Below, piece by piece: positions 30,915-45,790 of a stretch of DNA of 64,000 nt. The stretch lies in the NCBI RefSeq assembly GCF_009914755.1, contig NC_060928.1. One strand, given 5' to 3'. Origin of the DNA: the human T2T-CHM13v2.0 reference genome, Homo sapiens. The translations under genes and the position numbers were made by a program. The notes under the pieces were generated by a model, which searched no databases, was not told where the DNA came from, and was given only the letters and a program-made list of their open reading frames with translations. Each line of letters opens with the position of its first letter. Positions within the stretch are counted from its first letter, which is position 1.

Positions 30915-31898
30915 ACTTTTTATTTCTTATATTATTATTTCATAGTTTTTGGGGAACAGGCAGTGTTTGGTTACATGGAAAAAGTCTTTCGTTGTGATTT
31001 CTGATATTTTGGTGCACCCATCACCCAAGCAGTGTACACTGCATCCAGTGTGTAGTCTTTTATCCCTCACCCCCCACCCACCCTTCCCCCCAAGTCCCCA
31101 GAGTCCATTATGTCATTCTTATGCCTTTGCATCCTCATGGCTTTGCTCCCACTTATAAGTGAGAACATACAATGTTTGGTTTTCCATTTCTGAGTTGCTT
31201 CACTTAGAATAATGGTTTTCAACTCCATCGAGGTTGCTGTGAATGCCATTATTTTATTCCTTTTTATGGATAAGTAGCATTCTATGATGCATATATACAT
31301 ATACAACATTTTTTTCCTCCACTCCTTGGTTTACGGGCATTTAGGCTGATTCCACATTTTTGCAATTGCAAATTTGTCTGCTATAAACAGACAAGTGTCT
31401 TTTTCATATAACTTATTTTCCTTTGGGTAGATACCCAGCAGTGGGATTGCTGGATCAAATGGAAGTTCCACTTCTAGTTCTTTAAGGAATTTCCATACTG
31501 TTTTCCATAGTGGTTGTACTACTTTACATTCCCACGAGCAGTATGAAAGTGTTCCCTTTTCACCATATCCATCCCAACATCTATTATTTTTTGATTTTTT
31601 TGACTATGGTCATTCCTGCAGGATTAAGGGGGAATTGTATTGTGGCTTTGATTTGCATTTTCCTTGTAATTATTGATGTTGAGTACCTTTTCAAGTTTGT
31701 TGTTCATTTGTATATCTTATTTTGAGAATTGTCTATTCATGTCTTTAACCCACTTTTTGATGGGATTCATCAATTTTTTTCTTGCTGATTTGTTTGAGTT
31801 CCTTGTAGATTCTGGATATTAGTTTTTTGTCAGATGCATAGTTTGCAAATATTTTCTCCCACTCTGTGGGTTGTCTTTTTACTTGGCTGATTATTTCT
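30915..31898 (-). mobile_element. 5'-truncated L1PB-type element
   Basis: TTTTTGGGGAACAGG..GGTGCACCCATCACCCAAGCAGTGTACACTG 3'UTR; ORF2 C-terminus in ORF 31067-31309. Confidence 0.9.
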
Positions 31899-34800
31899 CA
31901 CTGGACATTTATAATCAGAAATAAGAAAAAAATTAATTTTGGCAAACATTTTTAAATATTATTTTTTTCACATTGGTTATTTCTATTGCTTTGCAAAGTT
32001 TCCACTTCCATGATCATTTTTATGACCCACACTACTGCAAAGTGAGTGCTGACCGTGCTTTACCTGCTGGGACATTCTAGTTGATTATGCATTCACTGGA
32101 GTTTTAGATTTGTTTGGATTGTATGGCTTTGCTCATTCTTGCTTTTGAGGCAAATGAGCATAAGCATATAGAAGAAAATATGTGTTTCTAATAGATAAAT
32201 GCAAGACAAAATACTAGCAGAATCTAGAAAACTTTAAAGTAAAAACTGCCTGAATTATAGATTCAGTTTGGGTGCTTACTACCAATGCAATTTTGGGTAG
32301 GATATTGAGTCCTTGTAAGGCTTGTTGTCTTCACCATTTCAATGGAAATTGCAAGCAGCTTGTTAGGAAGATTACTGTACAGTGATTAACATAGTTTTTA
32401 ATGTGAAGGAGTGGTCAATTAGTGAGTATTAAAGTTGGTCAGTTTGGGCTTTTTAGGTATTAATATTATGGGGAAGATAAAAGTTTAAGTACCAGGCTAA
32501 TAGGTTTAGACTTCATCCTGTGGCAGAGACGAAGTCATTGGGGATAGTCCACTGAACAGCGTGATTAAATTAATGCCTTATGAAGAGCAACCAAAAAATA
32601 CTGGATATTATGGATGAAAGAATAGAAAGACAAGTGGCAATATAGTCAATTGGGAGTGCAGAATAGACAGATTTGTGATGATAAGACCTAAATTAGTAAA
32701 ACCTTCATAAACATTGTTTGAAGAATAAAATCTAATGAAATACTACATTTAATGTAAATTAGTTTAATGTAGTTAACAATAAATTAAACCTAATAGAACG
32801 AGCCATGAGCACTGACATGACCTGCTGACTTACTTATACTGGTACCAAGTAGTGGTAAAGTATATATTGCACTTAAGTTGATTCTTAGATCCTATTTGTG
32901 GAATATATGAAGGGATAATTTACAGTATGAAACCAAAGATGTCTACCAGGTTTTAAGTAAATGTAATAGAAATTAAGGTAGAGCTATAAGAAAAAGTATA
33001 AAGAATGAGAACTCAGAAAGGCAGGGAATGTGTATGATTATTTAAAAATCACTGTAAAATATAAAGTAAGCACTATCCAGCAATGGACAGTAGAAATGTG
33101 TAATGACAAGAGATATAGATTTGGCAGTGATTTAAAGATAACAGCTAAAGGGCAAATCTCTAAACATTTTGAAATAAACAGTATACCCTCAAGAGTTTCC
33201 AATCATTCAACAAATATTTTCAATGGTACTTTGAAACTTTTGGAAAATACAAAGCTAAATGAAATGTGAAATCTGTAACATATTCCAATAAAAGGGATGG
33301 TACTTATTCTTAAACAATTATAACATAAGGTAAAATGAGATTCATAATCAAAAGATACTCAAATGGAGTGGCATGAGTCTTTCCAGCAAAGTGTTAACTC
33401 GTTCCGAAGTCTTTATTTTATTTGGATTTGTTTTCAATGCGTGTGTGTGTGTGTGTGTTGGTTTTGTTTGGGAGTGATTCATAGAAAGGATGCTATTCAA
33501 ATATGGGCAGGTGCAATTTAGAAAGAAGGACAAAAGTTACACAATGAGTGAAGTCACTAAAGCAGAAAAGCAGAGAAATGCAAGAAGAACATTGACTGGT
33601 TGAGTTTTGTAGAAATGCAAAGATGATCAAGAGAAAGACAATCAGAAAAGATGTGCTTGGAGAAAATATTGCAAAGCCTTATATGCTCTGAAAAGTATGT
33701 AATTATTTCACCAGTGTATTGCATATTATTTAGACAGGGCTTTTCTGGTAGTGTTTTTGTGAATTCATCTTCAGTGGCACCCATATTTATCAGGGAAGAT
33801 TAAGCATTACAATAAGTAATTCTGAATCCTGTGACTTACCATAATGATAGTTTATTTCTCATCCCAGAGAGGGTCTATGAGGTAGGGCCAAGGCTTTTTA
33901 AATTCTATTTCACTGCCACCTTCTGGAGGTGACACAACAGTCCTCCACTAGATCTTTTGAATCCATCTGGAACAGATGGAAGAAGGTTCTTGAGAGATAT
34001 TAAAGGGTAGACCTGAGAGTGACTCTAGCCAGAATCCAGTGAGTTCTCCATCTAATTACAACATAAGCAGGGAACAATTGTCTCTACCAATGAAGAAACA
34101 AGTTGAAGTGTCTTACAGTGTGTGAGTTGAGGTTGTCTGGATGCTTGTTTTCTTAAAAGAAGTTGTTTTCAGATGAAATTGAGAGAATGTGACTTCTTAA
34201 CAAGGCTGTTAAGGAATAATATACAAGCAAACAACTATTACATTAGAGTCCTAATGTGGGCAACAATCTTTCAAAATTAAAAAGATATCAGGAAAAAAGT
34301 GGATGGGTACTAGCGTGTGATGAATCTAAAGCAACCAGATAGAGAAAAGAACAGCAGCCATGATAAAGGTCAAAGATGACAAAAACTCAATCCAAGAATT
34401 TTGAAGTAAAAGGATGGAACAAGTAAATTCCACGGATGATATTAATCATCTGAAAAACTATGAAATACCTATCAGTAACATAATGATGTATTCCAGTTTT
34501 CTTGGCAAAGTCCAGTTTTACAGTGGTAGTCTCAGCATAAAGGTATCAAAAGTATTCTAGTTTAAATAATAGTGTGGTCATCTTCCTCATAAGGCAATAG
34601 CTGAAAGAATTTGATCAAGTAGGCATGAATTGATTTTTACAAATGAATTGCCTAATAAGAGTAACTTTTTAAACTAAAATTGCATAAATTTTAAAATAAA
34701 ATTTGTCAAGTTAATCAAATATGACTCTGACAATAACTTTTTTCAAAAAAGGTAGAGCTATCATGGCATCATAAAAACAGGGGTTGCATTCAGCAAGGAT

Positions 34801-36282
34801 GTGTTATTGTACACACACCAATGTCCAGGAGAGATACTTCATAATAAGTTGATGCAGTTGTGTAGTCTGCTCAGTAGAACTATTTCTACACAGAAGACAG
34901 ATGTACTACAAATGACTTGATGACACTGATCATTAATATCTTCAGTGATTCCTTTCGCTACGATTCGTACTTAACACACAATGTATTGATTAGAAGTTTC
35001 CTCCTGATAAAACTTTCTTCCTGGAAGATATTGCACTCTTCAACATGTATATTTTGTTTAGCTTGCAGGTTAGTAAAATAAATTGCACATCATGACTTTA
35101 CAGACGTCATTTCTGTTTGGTTAGCATGAATCACATACCTTTGAAAGCAATCACATCCATGCATGCTGAAAAGCATTTCCTAGGCCTAAAAGTTGAGGCC
35201 AAGACCCAAGTACTATCCCACTCAAGAAACTGTCCTCGAGATCCTTATCAAAAAGCCAACTGGTCTCTCTGAATGAAAATGCCATCTAATTTTTTTCTTT
35301 AGTTTAATATTAGCAATGTCAACATTTAAAGTAATAAAAGGAAGGGATAACAATTATTTATTAAGAACTGTTTTCAAGAAACATATATATTGGTGAATAT
35401 TAGGATTTTCTGGTCTGAACTGATGTCGGATTTCTAAATCTAAGTGGAAATAGCTAGATGATTGATACTAGGCAAAGTAAGGCTAGGTCTGCCCTATAGT
35501 CTAATCACAGGAAAAGCACATGTTCTAGTCAGAAATTTGGAAACACCTGGGAAATCTGCAGTGAGGATTTTCAATGAAACGATGATGACTTTACTTTAAT
35601 GACAGTCAGAGTGAGATTTTACAAACTGCAGTTAGTTTGAGGGAGAAAGCATTTGTGCTTATGTGACAAAGCTGATAAAGTCATCACAGCCTGGTAATGT
35701 AAGAGAAAATTTAATGATTGCCAATCATTTGCTTCCAATTGGATTACTCTGTAGACTTCAGAGCATATTCAAAAACAGTTTCCTTACTGATGAAGCCTTT
35801 ATGTGCTATATGTCAAGGCAATAGATATTTCAACGACAAAAGAGACAGCAACCAGAGGTGGCAATGCCCAGCCAAGCAGACAGAAAACACAAACGTGTCC
35901 AGTATTCATAATAAATTTGTTCCCTTACTGGCATCCCCAACAATGGGGTTATGAGAAGAACTGACACAAACAAGGATAGTGAATTAGAATTTATGTTTGT
36001 GAAACAAGAACAGAAAAGAGATACACTAGATAGGTTTTTGGCATTTACACTTAGAATTTGCTGAGAAAGCATCATGCTGGGAGGTGGAGATGGAGGAATG
36101 AATATATTGTGAGAATAAGAAAGAGAATATGAATGGTTATGCTATCAGCATACAGTAACGTAATTGCTAGCTTGGAGATAAATAACTTCTGTGTATATAT
36201 TATGGATGCTTTGATTAATAGTGATAACACTAAAGAAAGCATTAAATATTAAACCTGTATGTGGGTCACCTCACTTCCCCAC

Positions 36283-36286
36283 TCTT

Positions 36287-36328
<42 letters not shown>

Positions 36329-36353
36329 ATACACACACACACATATACATATA
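36283..36353. repeat. Compound (CT)n(CA)n microsatellite
   Basis: Seen directly. Confidence 0.95.
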
Positions 36354-38329
36354 CAAAGACATGTCTAAAATTATATTTGAAGGAAGATCAAAACTCTGTC
36401 TATAATATTTGCATTTATATATGTTTGTGTATACAAACTTGTTTTTATATGATCAGATGTGGGTAGCATTATATGAAAAGACTACACAGATTTCATTACA
36501 GCAAGAAATGAATTTTTCATTATCTAAACCTAAAGGTAAATATAAATTATTTTAAAAAGTGCTGACAAGATTGGTGAAATTATTTCCTGCGACAAATGAG
36601 ATGTTGTTAATGCAGTACCACTTTTTTGTTGTTGTTCTCAAATATTAATCTCAAAATCAGGAAAATAGGAAATACCTTTCTAAGACCAGTTGATCTTTTT
36701 CACCTGACACTTTGCTATAATAAGTTAACTTTGCCTGAGTCAAATTAAAATATGACATTAGCATAAAGTTATTATTCCATAGTTCTGTCATATACAGATT
36801 ATCTTAAAATGTAGAGACAGAATGCATTGTCTGAGCATTTTTAAAAGACTTAAAGGAAAGAATATTAGAATAGTACAAGATAGGTAAAATTTAAAAAATA
36901 ATTTAGCCAAACAAGAAAGCAACAACAAAACAGACACTGTTTGGTTGAAGATGTACTATATTAGAGGTACAGTTTTATTTTCAACTGTGTATAATTGAAA
37001 TTGTTTTAGGGCTATTGAAGTTCAGAAGACTGCCAAATGTCTTATTTATCACTGGGCATTGTAGCACAATGACATGGATTTAGGCTGCTTTAACTTTGAT
37101 AAAATTTGAGATAATTATTATAAGTTATATATAAATTACCTGACACCATAACTTATGTCTTATCTTTTTCAGCAATATTTCTCCTTTTAGCATCCTTGTG
37201 CAATTATCTCAACTCTTTGAGGTCTTATGCAACCTAGAGCTCTCCCTGCAAAATAATAACCTTTATTATTGAAGGTCACGTTTTAAGGGTTTTTTGAAGC
37301 CCAGTCTCAGAACATTTCCAGTTCAAAAGAACAAAAGCTAACAACCAAATGTAATTTCAAAATAAGTTATTTCATCGCATTGCTTAAAGCTTGTGAAAAT
37401 TCCATAATGGCACTTAAAACTTCTATTGTTCCATCTCATTCATTTTTCTCATTGGTTCGACTGGCCTATACCTCCATCTACCCTGGACAGAAGTCTGCTG
37501 GAGTAGCACTCAAAAATCTTCTTATGTCACTACCATTTTAAGGCACGTTCACTGCTTTTGTGACAGAGCAGCTATAGTTCCATTTCCTTTTCTACCGCGT
37601 CCAGAATTTTCTTCATTCCATCACAATCCACATTTAATTTCCTAAGACTGTTTTGTGAAAAGTGTTAATTAGCTCAAATGAAACGCTAATTCAATTATGA
37701 GTATTAATTGGATGTCAAATGAAAAAACTCCCAAATAAGACAATGCCGTAATCAACAAATATGAGTGTGATGGTAAAAATGTTGCAGTGTATGGTTTCAA
37801 ACTATTTTATGGCAACTCCTATGTATATAATATATATTTACGGCAAGTTCTATGACAGAAGAAAACATATTTTCCATCATGCAGAACACTGCCCTTAGTT
37901 TTCTTGGAAGAATATATATGGAGTCCTTGGGGATATTTTTGTACAGGAGGAGTGTTCTGAGTCCTATAAGTATATAGGTCTAGAGGGGAGAGGAGAGGTT
38001 GCTTTCAGAAATTGGAATAACTTAAGTATAGCATGAGAGGAAAGATGATGGGAGGAAGCATAAGAGTGAGAGAAGTAAGTCAATACAAACTGATGATTGT
38101 GTTCCATGTATTTCGTGACTTTTCAGTTCACTTCAATGTGATACGTATCATCTTTATGTTGTAAAGAGCCTGAATTCAAAACATTCAAAAGGATAAACCA
38201 AAGGGATAAAATTAGTGAGGAAGACAGTATTCACAGGGGATGATACCCCTTATTTAGGCTTACCTGTTAGTAAATCCTCAATCCCTTAATTAATTGTCCT
38301 GAGAAATTTATTAACATTTAATCTAAAGA

Positions 38330-40130
38330 CCTGATGAACATGGAGTAGGCCTATTCCTCCCAGGTCTTCCCTTCTACTACTAAGGAAGCCATGGACATAA
38401 CACAACAAACTAATGTAAAAAGATGATGAAAGTTTGAAAGGAGAATGCAGATTGCTTAAGGATCCTAGAATGTGAAGAATGAAATGGCAATGAGTTCTTT
38501 CCTTCCATATAATTGGGAAAGCAACGTTCAGAAGACTCCAACCTGGAAATGTCAACAGACACAGATAAACAATAAATCCAAGAAAAGACTCTTCCTCCAG
38601 CCAAAGAATGGAGGAAAAGGGTGGCTTACCTGTGGCAACTCTATTCCAGGCAAACATCAATATACAAATTGCCTCTCCCCGTCCATGCAGGGGTCAGTGG
38701 GACTGAGCAGGTAGCCAGTCTTCTTACCCACTCTCCCCGCTTGGAGAAACATATTGGTAACCTAATCCCTCACTTTGTATTGTCAGCCAGCAAGCAGAGA
38801 GCTAATCTTTCATTCTTTGCTTAGTGGATGTGTACAGTGTTCTGATTCCCCTGCCAGGGTTTGAAACAGTCCAGAGATTGAACAAGGCAATGTGAGTAGG
38901 AGCTTGCCAGCATTTCAGTTTTCTGTGACCCCTCTTTTAGTAGGTTTCAGTAGGACTTAGTGGAAAACTGAACCTTCACCCCCACTCATCAGTATCAAGA
39001 CTAAATGAAGCAGTGTGAAGAAGGACTACTTACCACTCGGGTTCCCCCTTCAATCCCATATCAGAGTGGAAGCTGAGTTTGCACTCTGACTGCAATGAGA
39101 TAGTGTGAGTCAGAGCCCCATTTCTTCTGTGGTGATGTCAACAGGGCCCAGCAGAAAGCTGGGGATCTACCTTCCCAAGCACCTGTGTGCACTGCAACTA
39201 AACAAAGCAACTGCCTGCTAAAAAAGACTAACTAGTTTCAGAATCTCACGACAAATTAAATCTTAAATTTAATCAATTTAAAAAATTAAGTAGGTCACAG
39301 AATCTCTTGGGTAATCTCACATAATACCTAAAAATGTCCAGGATACAATTGTAAATCACTTCTCATAACAAGAACCAGGTCAATCACAATTTGAATGAGA
39401 AAAAAAATCAACAGAAGCTAACAGCAAGATGACTCAGATGTTGGAATTACCTGTCAAAGCTTTTAAAGTAACAATTACAAAAAATGCTTCCATCGCAATC
39501 ACGGACACACTTTCAACAAGTAAAAAACAAAACAAAATGAAAGAAAACTAACAACTGGAAAGACTCAGCAAATATATGAAACAAAAGCAAAAAACCTTGC
39601 TAGGGCTCAATAATAGAGAGAGTGGTTGACAGAGGATAGAATAAGTAAACTTCAGGATAGATTAGTGGAATTTACCCCATCTGAAAAACAGAAAGAAATA
39701 TATTTTTTAAGCTTGCCATAAGCAAATTAATTCCATAATGTATCATAATTAAATTTCTGAAAATTAAAACAAAGAAAAAATTTTAAAGTATTCACAGAAA
39801 AATTATACGTTACTTATACAGAAACACCAATTTGAATGACAGTGACTGTCTCATATAAAACCTTAGGGGACAGAAGGAAGCGGCATAATATTTTTCAAGT
39901 ACTGAAAGAAAAAGGGGCTTGGAACTTCAAAAAGAAAAGCTTAGAATGAAGAAAAGTAGGAGTAAATAATAACAGACTATATTTCTTCTCATGCTTTTTA
40001 AAAATTATTATTGATAGTTGAAACAAAAATTATAACACAATCTGATGTGTTCAATGCCTGCAGCAGAAACATTAAAGGCAATTATACTTAACAATGGGGA
40101 GAGTAAAGAGTCTTAAATTGAAGTAAGTTT
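38330..40130 (+). mobile_element. Old L1 (L1MC/MD-type) 5'UTR and ORF1 remnant
   Basis: ORF1-type relics GACTCAGATGTTGGAATTA, GGGCTCAATAATAGA and GGCATAATATTTTTCAAGTACTGAAAGAAAA. Confidence 0.65.
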
Positions 40131-42299
40131 TCTATAGCATCTATACCTACCTTTTTAAGCATATTTGAACTACCAAAACCCAATACAGCAATTCTATATT
40201 TCTGGGGGAAAAAAAAGACAAAAAACAAAAAGCTAGTGGGATTTGAAATCACAGCCCATTTTCTAACCACTCACATTGTTTCTGTATTTTAATAATACCT
40301 TGCATAAATCAATATCATAAAACTTACTATGCTAATTATAACTTGCCTGTTTATTATCCATCTCCTCCAGTAGATTAAAAGTTGCTTTATAATGAGCAGT
40401 GATCTATTGTGTACCTCCAGAGATTGAATTATGATTTATGGAGGAGGCATCGTAAATGTTTGTAGAGAGAATATAGAAATCCACAGCCTGAACTAGGCAA
40501 AATTAAGACAACTTATGTTTACTGAATATTTACTCATTGTCAGACACTTTTCAGAGATGTACATCCCTTGATTTATTTCTTCATCACCACCGCTCTTAGC
40601 TGTCTCATGCACACGGAGCTGTGTCATGCTGCATCTGGACAGTGGTATCAAACTTCTACAGTAAACAAAGCCTGTACAAGACATTCAAGTTATGTAGATG
40701 ACACACTATTTTAATAATAGGAGGGAGAGAACCAAGGGATTAATGAAGGAAGACAACAAAGACAGGAATATCATCATCAGGCCTGGAGAAACACCCAGAA
40801 GACAGCTCAGGTCACTTAACTGTGAAGCCTTTTATAGGTGAGATAATAGATGAGTGGGTCCATTAATGTCTTTTTTCAGTTTTATCTCTGACATTTTATG
40901 ATTATGAAACTTAAGGACAGGCAATTACATTGCTGAAATATTTTTTAATGAGTGTACTACACAGTATCTCTAGGCCTGATTTACTTCGATTAACATAAAG
41001 ACTGAAAAGTGAGGAATCATGTTTTATGCAGAGGTTGTAATTGTGTGTTAGTGTTTGTGAGGGTGTTTGTATGTTTATTTAGAGTTTTTCTTATCTCAGA
41101 GATGGTGACCTCACCTCTTAATGGTGAACTGAAGCTTTTTGAGAACCTAGATAGAGACACTCAAATTCTTGGAGACATAGCTTACAAATTTCACAAAATA
41201 GCATAGACATGTCTAGGGTAAAGAGTGTAACCTTAAACCGTGACTGCTGTTGTCTGAAAGTGGTAATTTGTACCTGAAACTGGAGTTCACTATTGAACCA
41301 CTAGAGATCTATAACTGTAAGACAGAGAACACATTAAAAGGCAGTTCCATAGGGATAGGATTACAATTGTTTGACTTCATTTCTCACAGACTGAACATAA
41401 ATTTTGTTCTTGGAGAAGAAAAAGGAGTGTATCTGAGAAGGTTATATGTGAATATAAACCATAGTACTAGATTGTGGTTTAGATTCTCCCAGCTTTCAGA
41501 AACAGAGTCATACTCATTAATTATTCCTTCAGTATTTATTGAGCACTGTTATGTGGTCTCTTCTAAGAACTGAGGATATACCAGTGACCCTTCAAGCTAC
41601 TTCAGATAATGGAAGTTTAAAGTGTGGAGACACATGAAGGAAGAACAGAAAACTCACAAGGCATAATAAAGAACAATGGACCATTCTTTAAGATAGACTG
41701 TATCCCTGTAGCTCTATTGTATATTACGTAAACGGAGATATCATAGGTCCCTTTATTGGTCTTGTGTTCTGCCATTATTCTGACTCAGTTATATATTTTT
41801 CTGCCTTCGTTGCCACTAATTCACCTTTTTAATCTTTCATAAGTAGTCCTTTTCTACAATTTTAAAGCTAGAAGAGCCCTGATAAATTTTGTGACACGTT
41901 TTCATTGTGTGAGTTTGGTTACTGTAGGACCTTGTATTCAGGACCAATTATAAGGACTGATGACCATCAAAAACCATTTTGGTTTTTGGCAATTGTCTGT
42001 GTTGCAGTTGGTTTATAAATCCTGTCCAGAGCCTTGAGTGTTATTCTGTAGCTATTGATACATCAGGTAACTCAAAAATTCATTTGAAAACAAAATGATA
42101 AAAGGGGACTAGATTGAGTCTAACTACCAACCACATTCTCTGGACACTCTCCTGAGCAGCAGAATGTTGGCAGTGGTGAAGATGTAAATATCACAAATTA
42201 ACGTCCTACAAGCTAACTTCATCTACCTTAGCCGAAAGGGGGATTTGGAGAAAGAAAACAAAAGCCCTGCCAGCTGTCTGCCCTGGCATTAACAACTAA

Positions 42300-43470
42300 A
42301 CCATAGTTTTATTAAAAGTAAACATTTTCTCCAAACCTAGGCAAGATCATTTTGAGACTATGGTGAGATGAGACAAAATAAAAGCCCATATTGTAATCAT
42401 GTGTGACCACAGACGAAACCAATAACACTGGGTAAACCAGAAATATGACCAAACCTCCTCACTCAACTAACATGGATGCCTGATCATTCTTTTCCAAAAG
42501 AGCTTTGTAACTGCTCAACGGGTTCTCCTTACCCACTGCCTAGACAGCTGATTTATCAAGGCAGGGAAATTACAATAGATAAAGAGTTTAGTTCACACAG
42601 AGTTGGTTGTATGGGAGACCAGTTTTTTATTACTCAATGAAGTCTCCTTGAAAACTCTGGGATCAGAGTTTCTCAGGACAATTTGGTGGGTAGGAGCCAG
42701 TGAGTCAAGAGTAGTGACTGGTTAGGTCGAAGATGAAATCTTAGGGAGTCCAAGCTCTCCTCTTGCCCTGAGTCAGTTCCTGGGTGGGGGCTATGAGATC
42801 AGAGGAACCAGTTTACTGATCTGGGTGGTGCCAGCTGATCCATCAAGTGCAGGGTCTGCGAAATATCTCAAGCATTTATCTTAGGTTTTACAACAGTCAT
42901 GTTTTCCCCAGGAGCAATCTTGGGAGAGTCAGAATCTCGCAGCCTACAACTGCATGATCCCTAAACCAAATTTCTAATCTTGTGACTAATTTGTTAGTCT
43001 TACAAAGTTGGGCTAGTCCCCAGGCAGGAAACGAGTTTGTTTTGGGAAAGGGCTGTTATTATCTTTGTTTTAAATTATAAACTAAGTTCCTCTCAAAGTT
43101 AGTTCAGCCTACGCCCCGGAATGAACAAGGACAGACTGGAAGTTAGAAGCAAGATGGAGTTGGTTAAGTGATAACTCTTTCACTGTGATAATTTTCTCAG
43201 TTATAATTCTTGCAAAGACAGTTTCAATTTCAGCTTTGCACATTTCTTTGCCAAGTAGATACAGATTTTTAAGACAATGGATTGTAAAACTTCAGTACCT
43301 AGTCCAAGGCAAACCTATGGTTCCTTGAACATATTCTAAAATCACTCAACACAAGCCCAAGTCTTATAACCAGCTTTTTGTCATACCTTGTTATTCAGAT
43401 GTCCCATATTTCTCCATGCTATTTTTTCTTATTGTTAAAACATTTACTGACAAGACCTACTCTGTTTGCC
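42300..43470 (+). mobile_element. Old ERV1 LTR (MER90/MER110-like) split by LTR8
   Basis: ATGGTGAGATGAGACAAAATAA..AAATATGACCAAAC on the left and AAATCACTCAACACAAGCCCAAGTCTTATAA on the right. Confidence 0.5.
42506..43226 (-). mobile_element. LTR8/LTR8A solo LTR (ERV1)
   Basis: TGTAACTGCTCAACGGGTTC..CTGAGTCAGTTCCTGGGTGGGGG..TGCAAAGACAGTTTCA, with TG..CA termini. Confidence 0.88.
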
Positions 43471-43494
43471 TAAAATTTTCTAATGGTAAATATT

Positions 43495-43730
43495 TTAGAA
43501 AAGGAAAAGAGCGATCTGATATAAGTTTCAAAAAGCTCACTTTGGTTGTTGAGTAAAGAAATAACAACAGGGGTGAAAGCATGGAAGCATGAGACAGCTA
43601 GGAAGGTATTTCAGTGGCTCCTATGAGACTTCAGGGAAGCTTGGACTATAGTAGTAGCTATGGCAATGGAGAGAAATGGATGAATTCAGGATATATTTAA
43701 GAACAAACAACTATTTTTGATAGATTAGAT
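43495..43730 (-). mobile_element. L2 fragment
   Basis: GGAAGCATGAGACAGCTAGGAAGG..GCTTGGACTA..ATGGAGAGAAATGGATGAATTCAGGATATATTT. Confidence 0.6.
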
Positions 43731-45440
43731 TCTTTTATTTTGTTAGACCTCAGGTTCAGATTATTGAATTAACCATATGCCTTTAGCACAGGTTATCATT
43801 TATTTATATCATTTATTTATGCAAGGTTTGTTTCCAGTTTGTTTCCTTTATCCTTATCATTCCCCCCAATCCACACTCCACAGGCAACCATTTTAATGTG
43901 ATTAGTGAATGTATAAGTCTGTGTTCTTAAAAATATGCATTATTCTTTTCTTTGTATTTACTTTTAATTTTGTTAATTATATACATTATTCTTTACTTAA
44001 TTTTTCTCTTAGCAGCATATATTTACTTTGGCATTATTTAAAAATATTCAGCTAGTTATTCTTTTTAAATGTTGTGGGGCACTTTATGGTTTACATTTTC
44101 CACAATTTTTCTACCCACTTTTCCATAGATGGAGAAACAGACGGCCTCTGCTTCCCTCCTATCATCACTAACACTGGGTTTAACAATGTTATATGTGATC
44201 CTTTATGAACTTGTATACATTTATTGGCATTTCATTGAACCAGGAATTACTGAGTCATGAGCATAGTTAATTTGCTTACTGTGCATACAATGTGATGGAA
44301 AACTGTGAGATAAGGAGAAAGAATCAGCTATTGCTATGTTTAATAGCATAAATAGATCTTGAGAAAATAACTTAAGTGAAAGAAGCCAGACACTAGAGAT
44401 TATATACTGCATGAATCTATTTCTATGAAGCTCAAGAATAGGAAATACTAATTGATAGAGCTAGAAATCAGGACGAAACAAGGTAGGTATGAGAAAGAGA
44501 GAATGCAATTGAGTAGCCATCAGGAACCAGTGCACACACACAAATGAAACTTAAAAAGTTGTGTGGATGGATTTGGTTTTGTTTTTACTCCTCTGAGTCA
44601 TACAGACTTGATGTTTTTATGTGTAAACCCCTTGATTCTTTAATTAATGATTTGTTTTGCTTTGGGTTGAACAGATGGATTTTTTAAATGCAGAAAACTT
44701 TCTTCTTGCCCTGAACCAGGGAAATAGTAAGAGAACCCTGAGCCAATTAGAATATATGGCAAGGGCAAGACAAAAATTGCCTATGGCTTTATCAATCTAG
44801 TCTTTCAGCCATTGTTTATTGATGTGCCTCTGAAAGCCAGCACATGCATAGAACATGCCACCCATTTATTCACCTGCAAAACATCCACTTATCTTTGAAC
44901 TTTAGGATATAAATCACTTTTTATGTGAAGTCTCCCTCATAACCACCATCTTATCATTCCCTTTGACCCTGTACTCTTCAGTCCCAACCTAAGCAGGATT
45001 AGGTACATCCTCTGCTTCCGTACTTTTAACATATCACACTAAAATTAACTTGTCTGTCTTCTTCACTAGACTATGAGTGTCCTGAGGGTTATCTGTTTTG
45101 AATCTGAAGCACTTAGTTCAGTAGTTGGCATATGAGGGTCTGATGTATGTTCATTTAGTATGTACAAAGCACATACAATATGCCGAGCCCTGGGCTATGT
45201 GCATAGGAAATTGATTTTTTATCACTGAAGGAATTGATTAATAGATACAGTTATTAAGTTTATCACTGATGAAATATATCATTAATTGAGATAAAGAAAA
45301 TAGTACATTAGAGTCTTAGTGCATTACAGTAAAAAATGAGAATAAGAAATTGTAAACGGTGGACAGGATTGAATTATCAAAAGACTGGTTTAATCTGGCA
45401 TAAGGCTGTATGGAGCACAAATAACTAAAGAAAACTGTGA

Positions 45441-45790
<350 letters not shown>

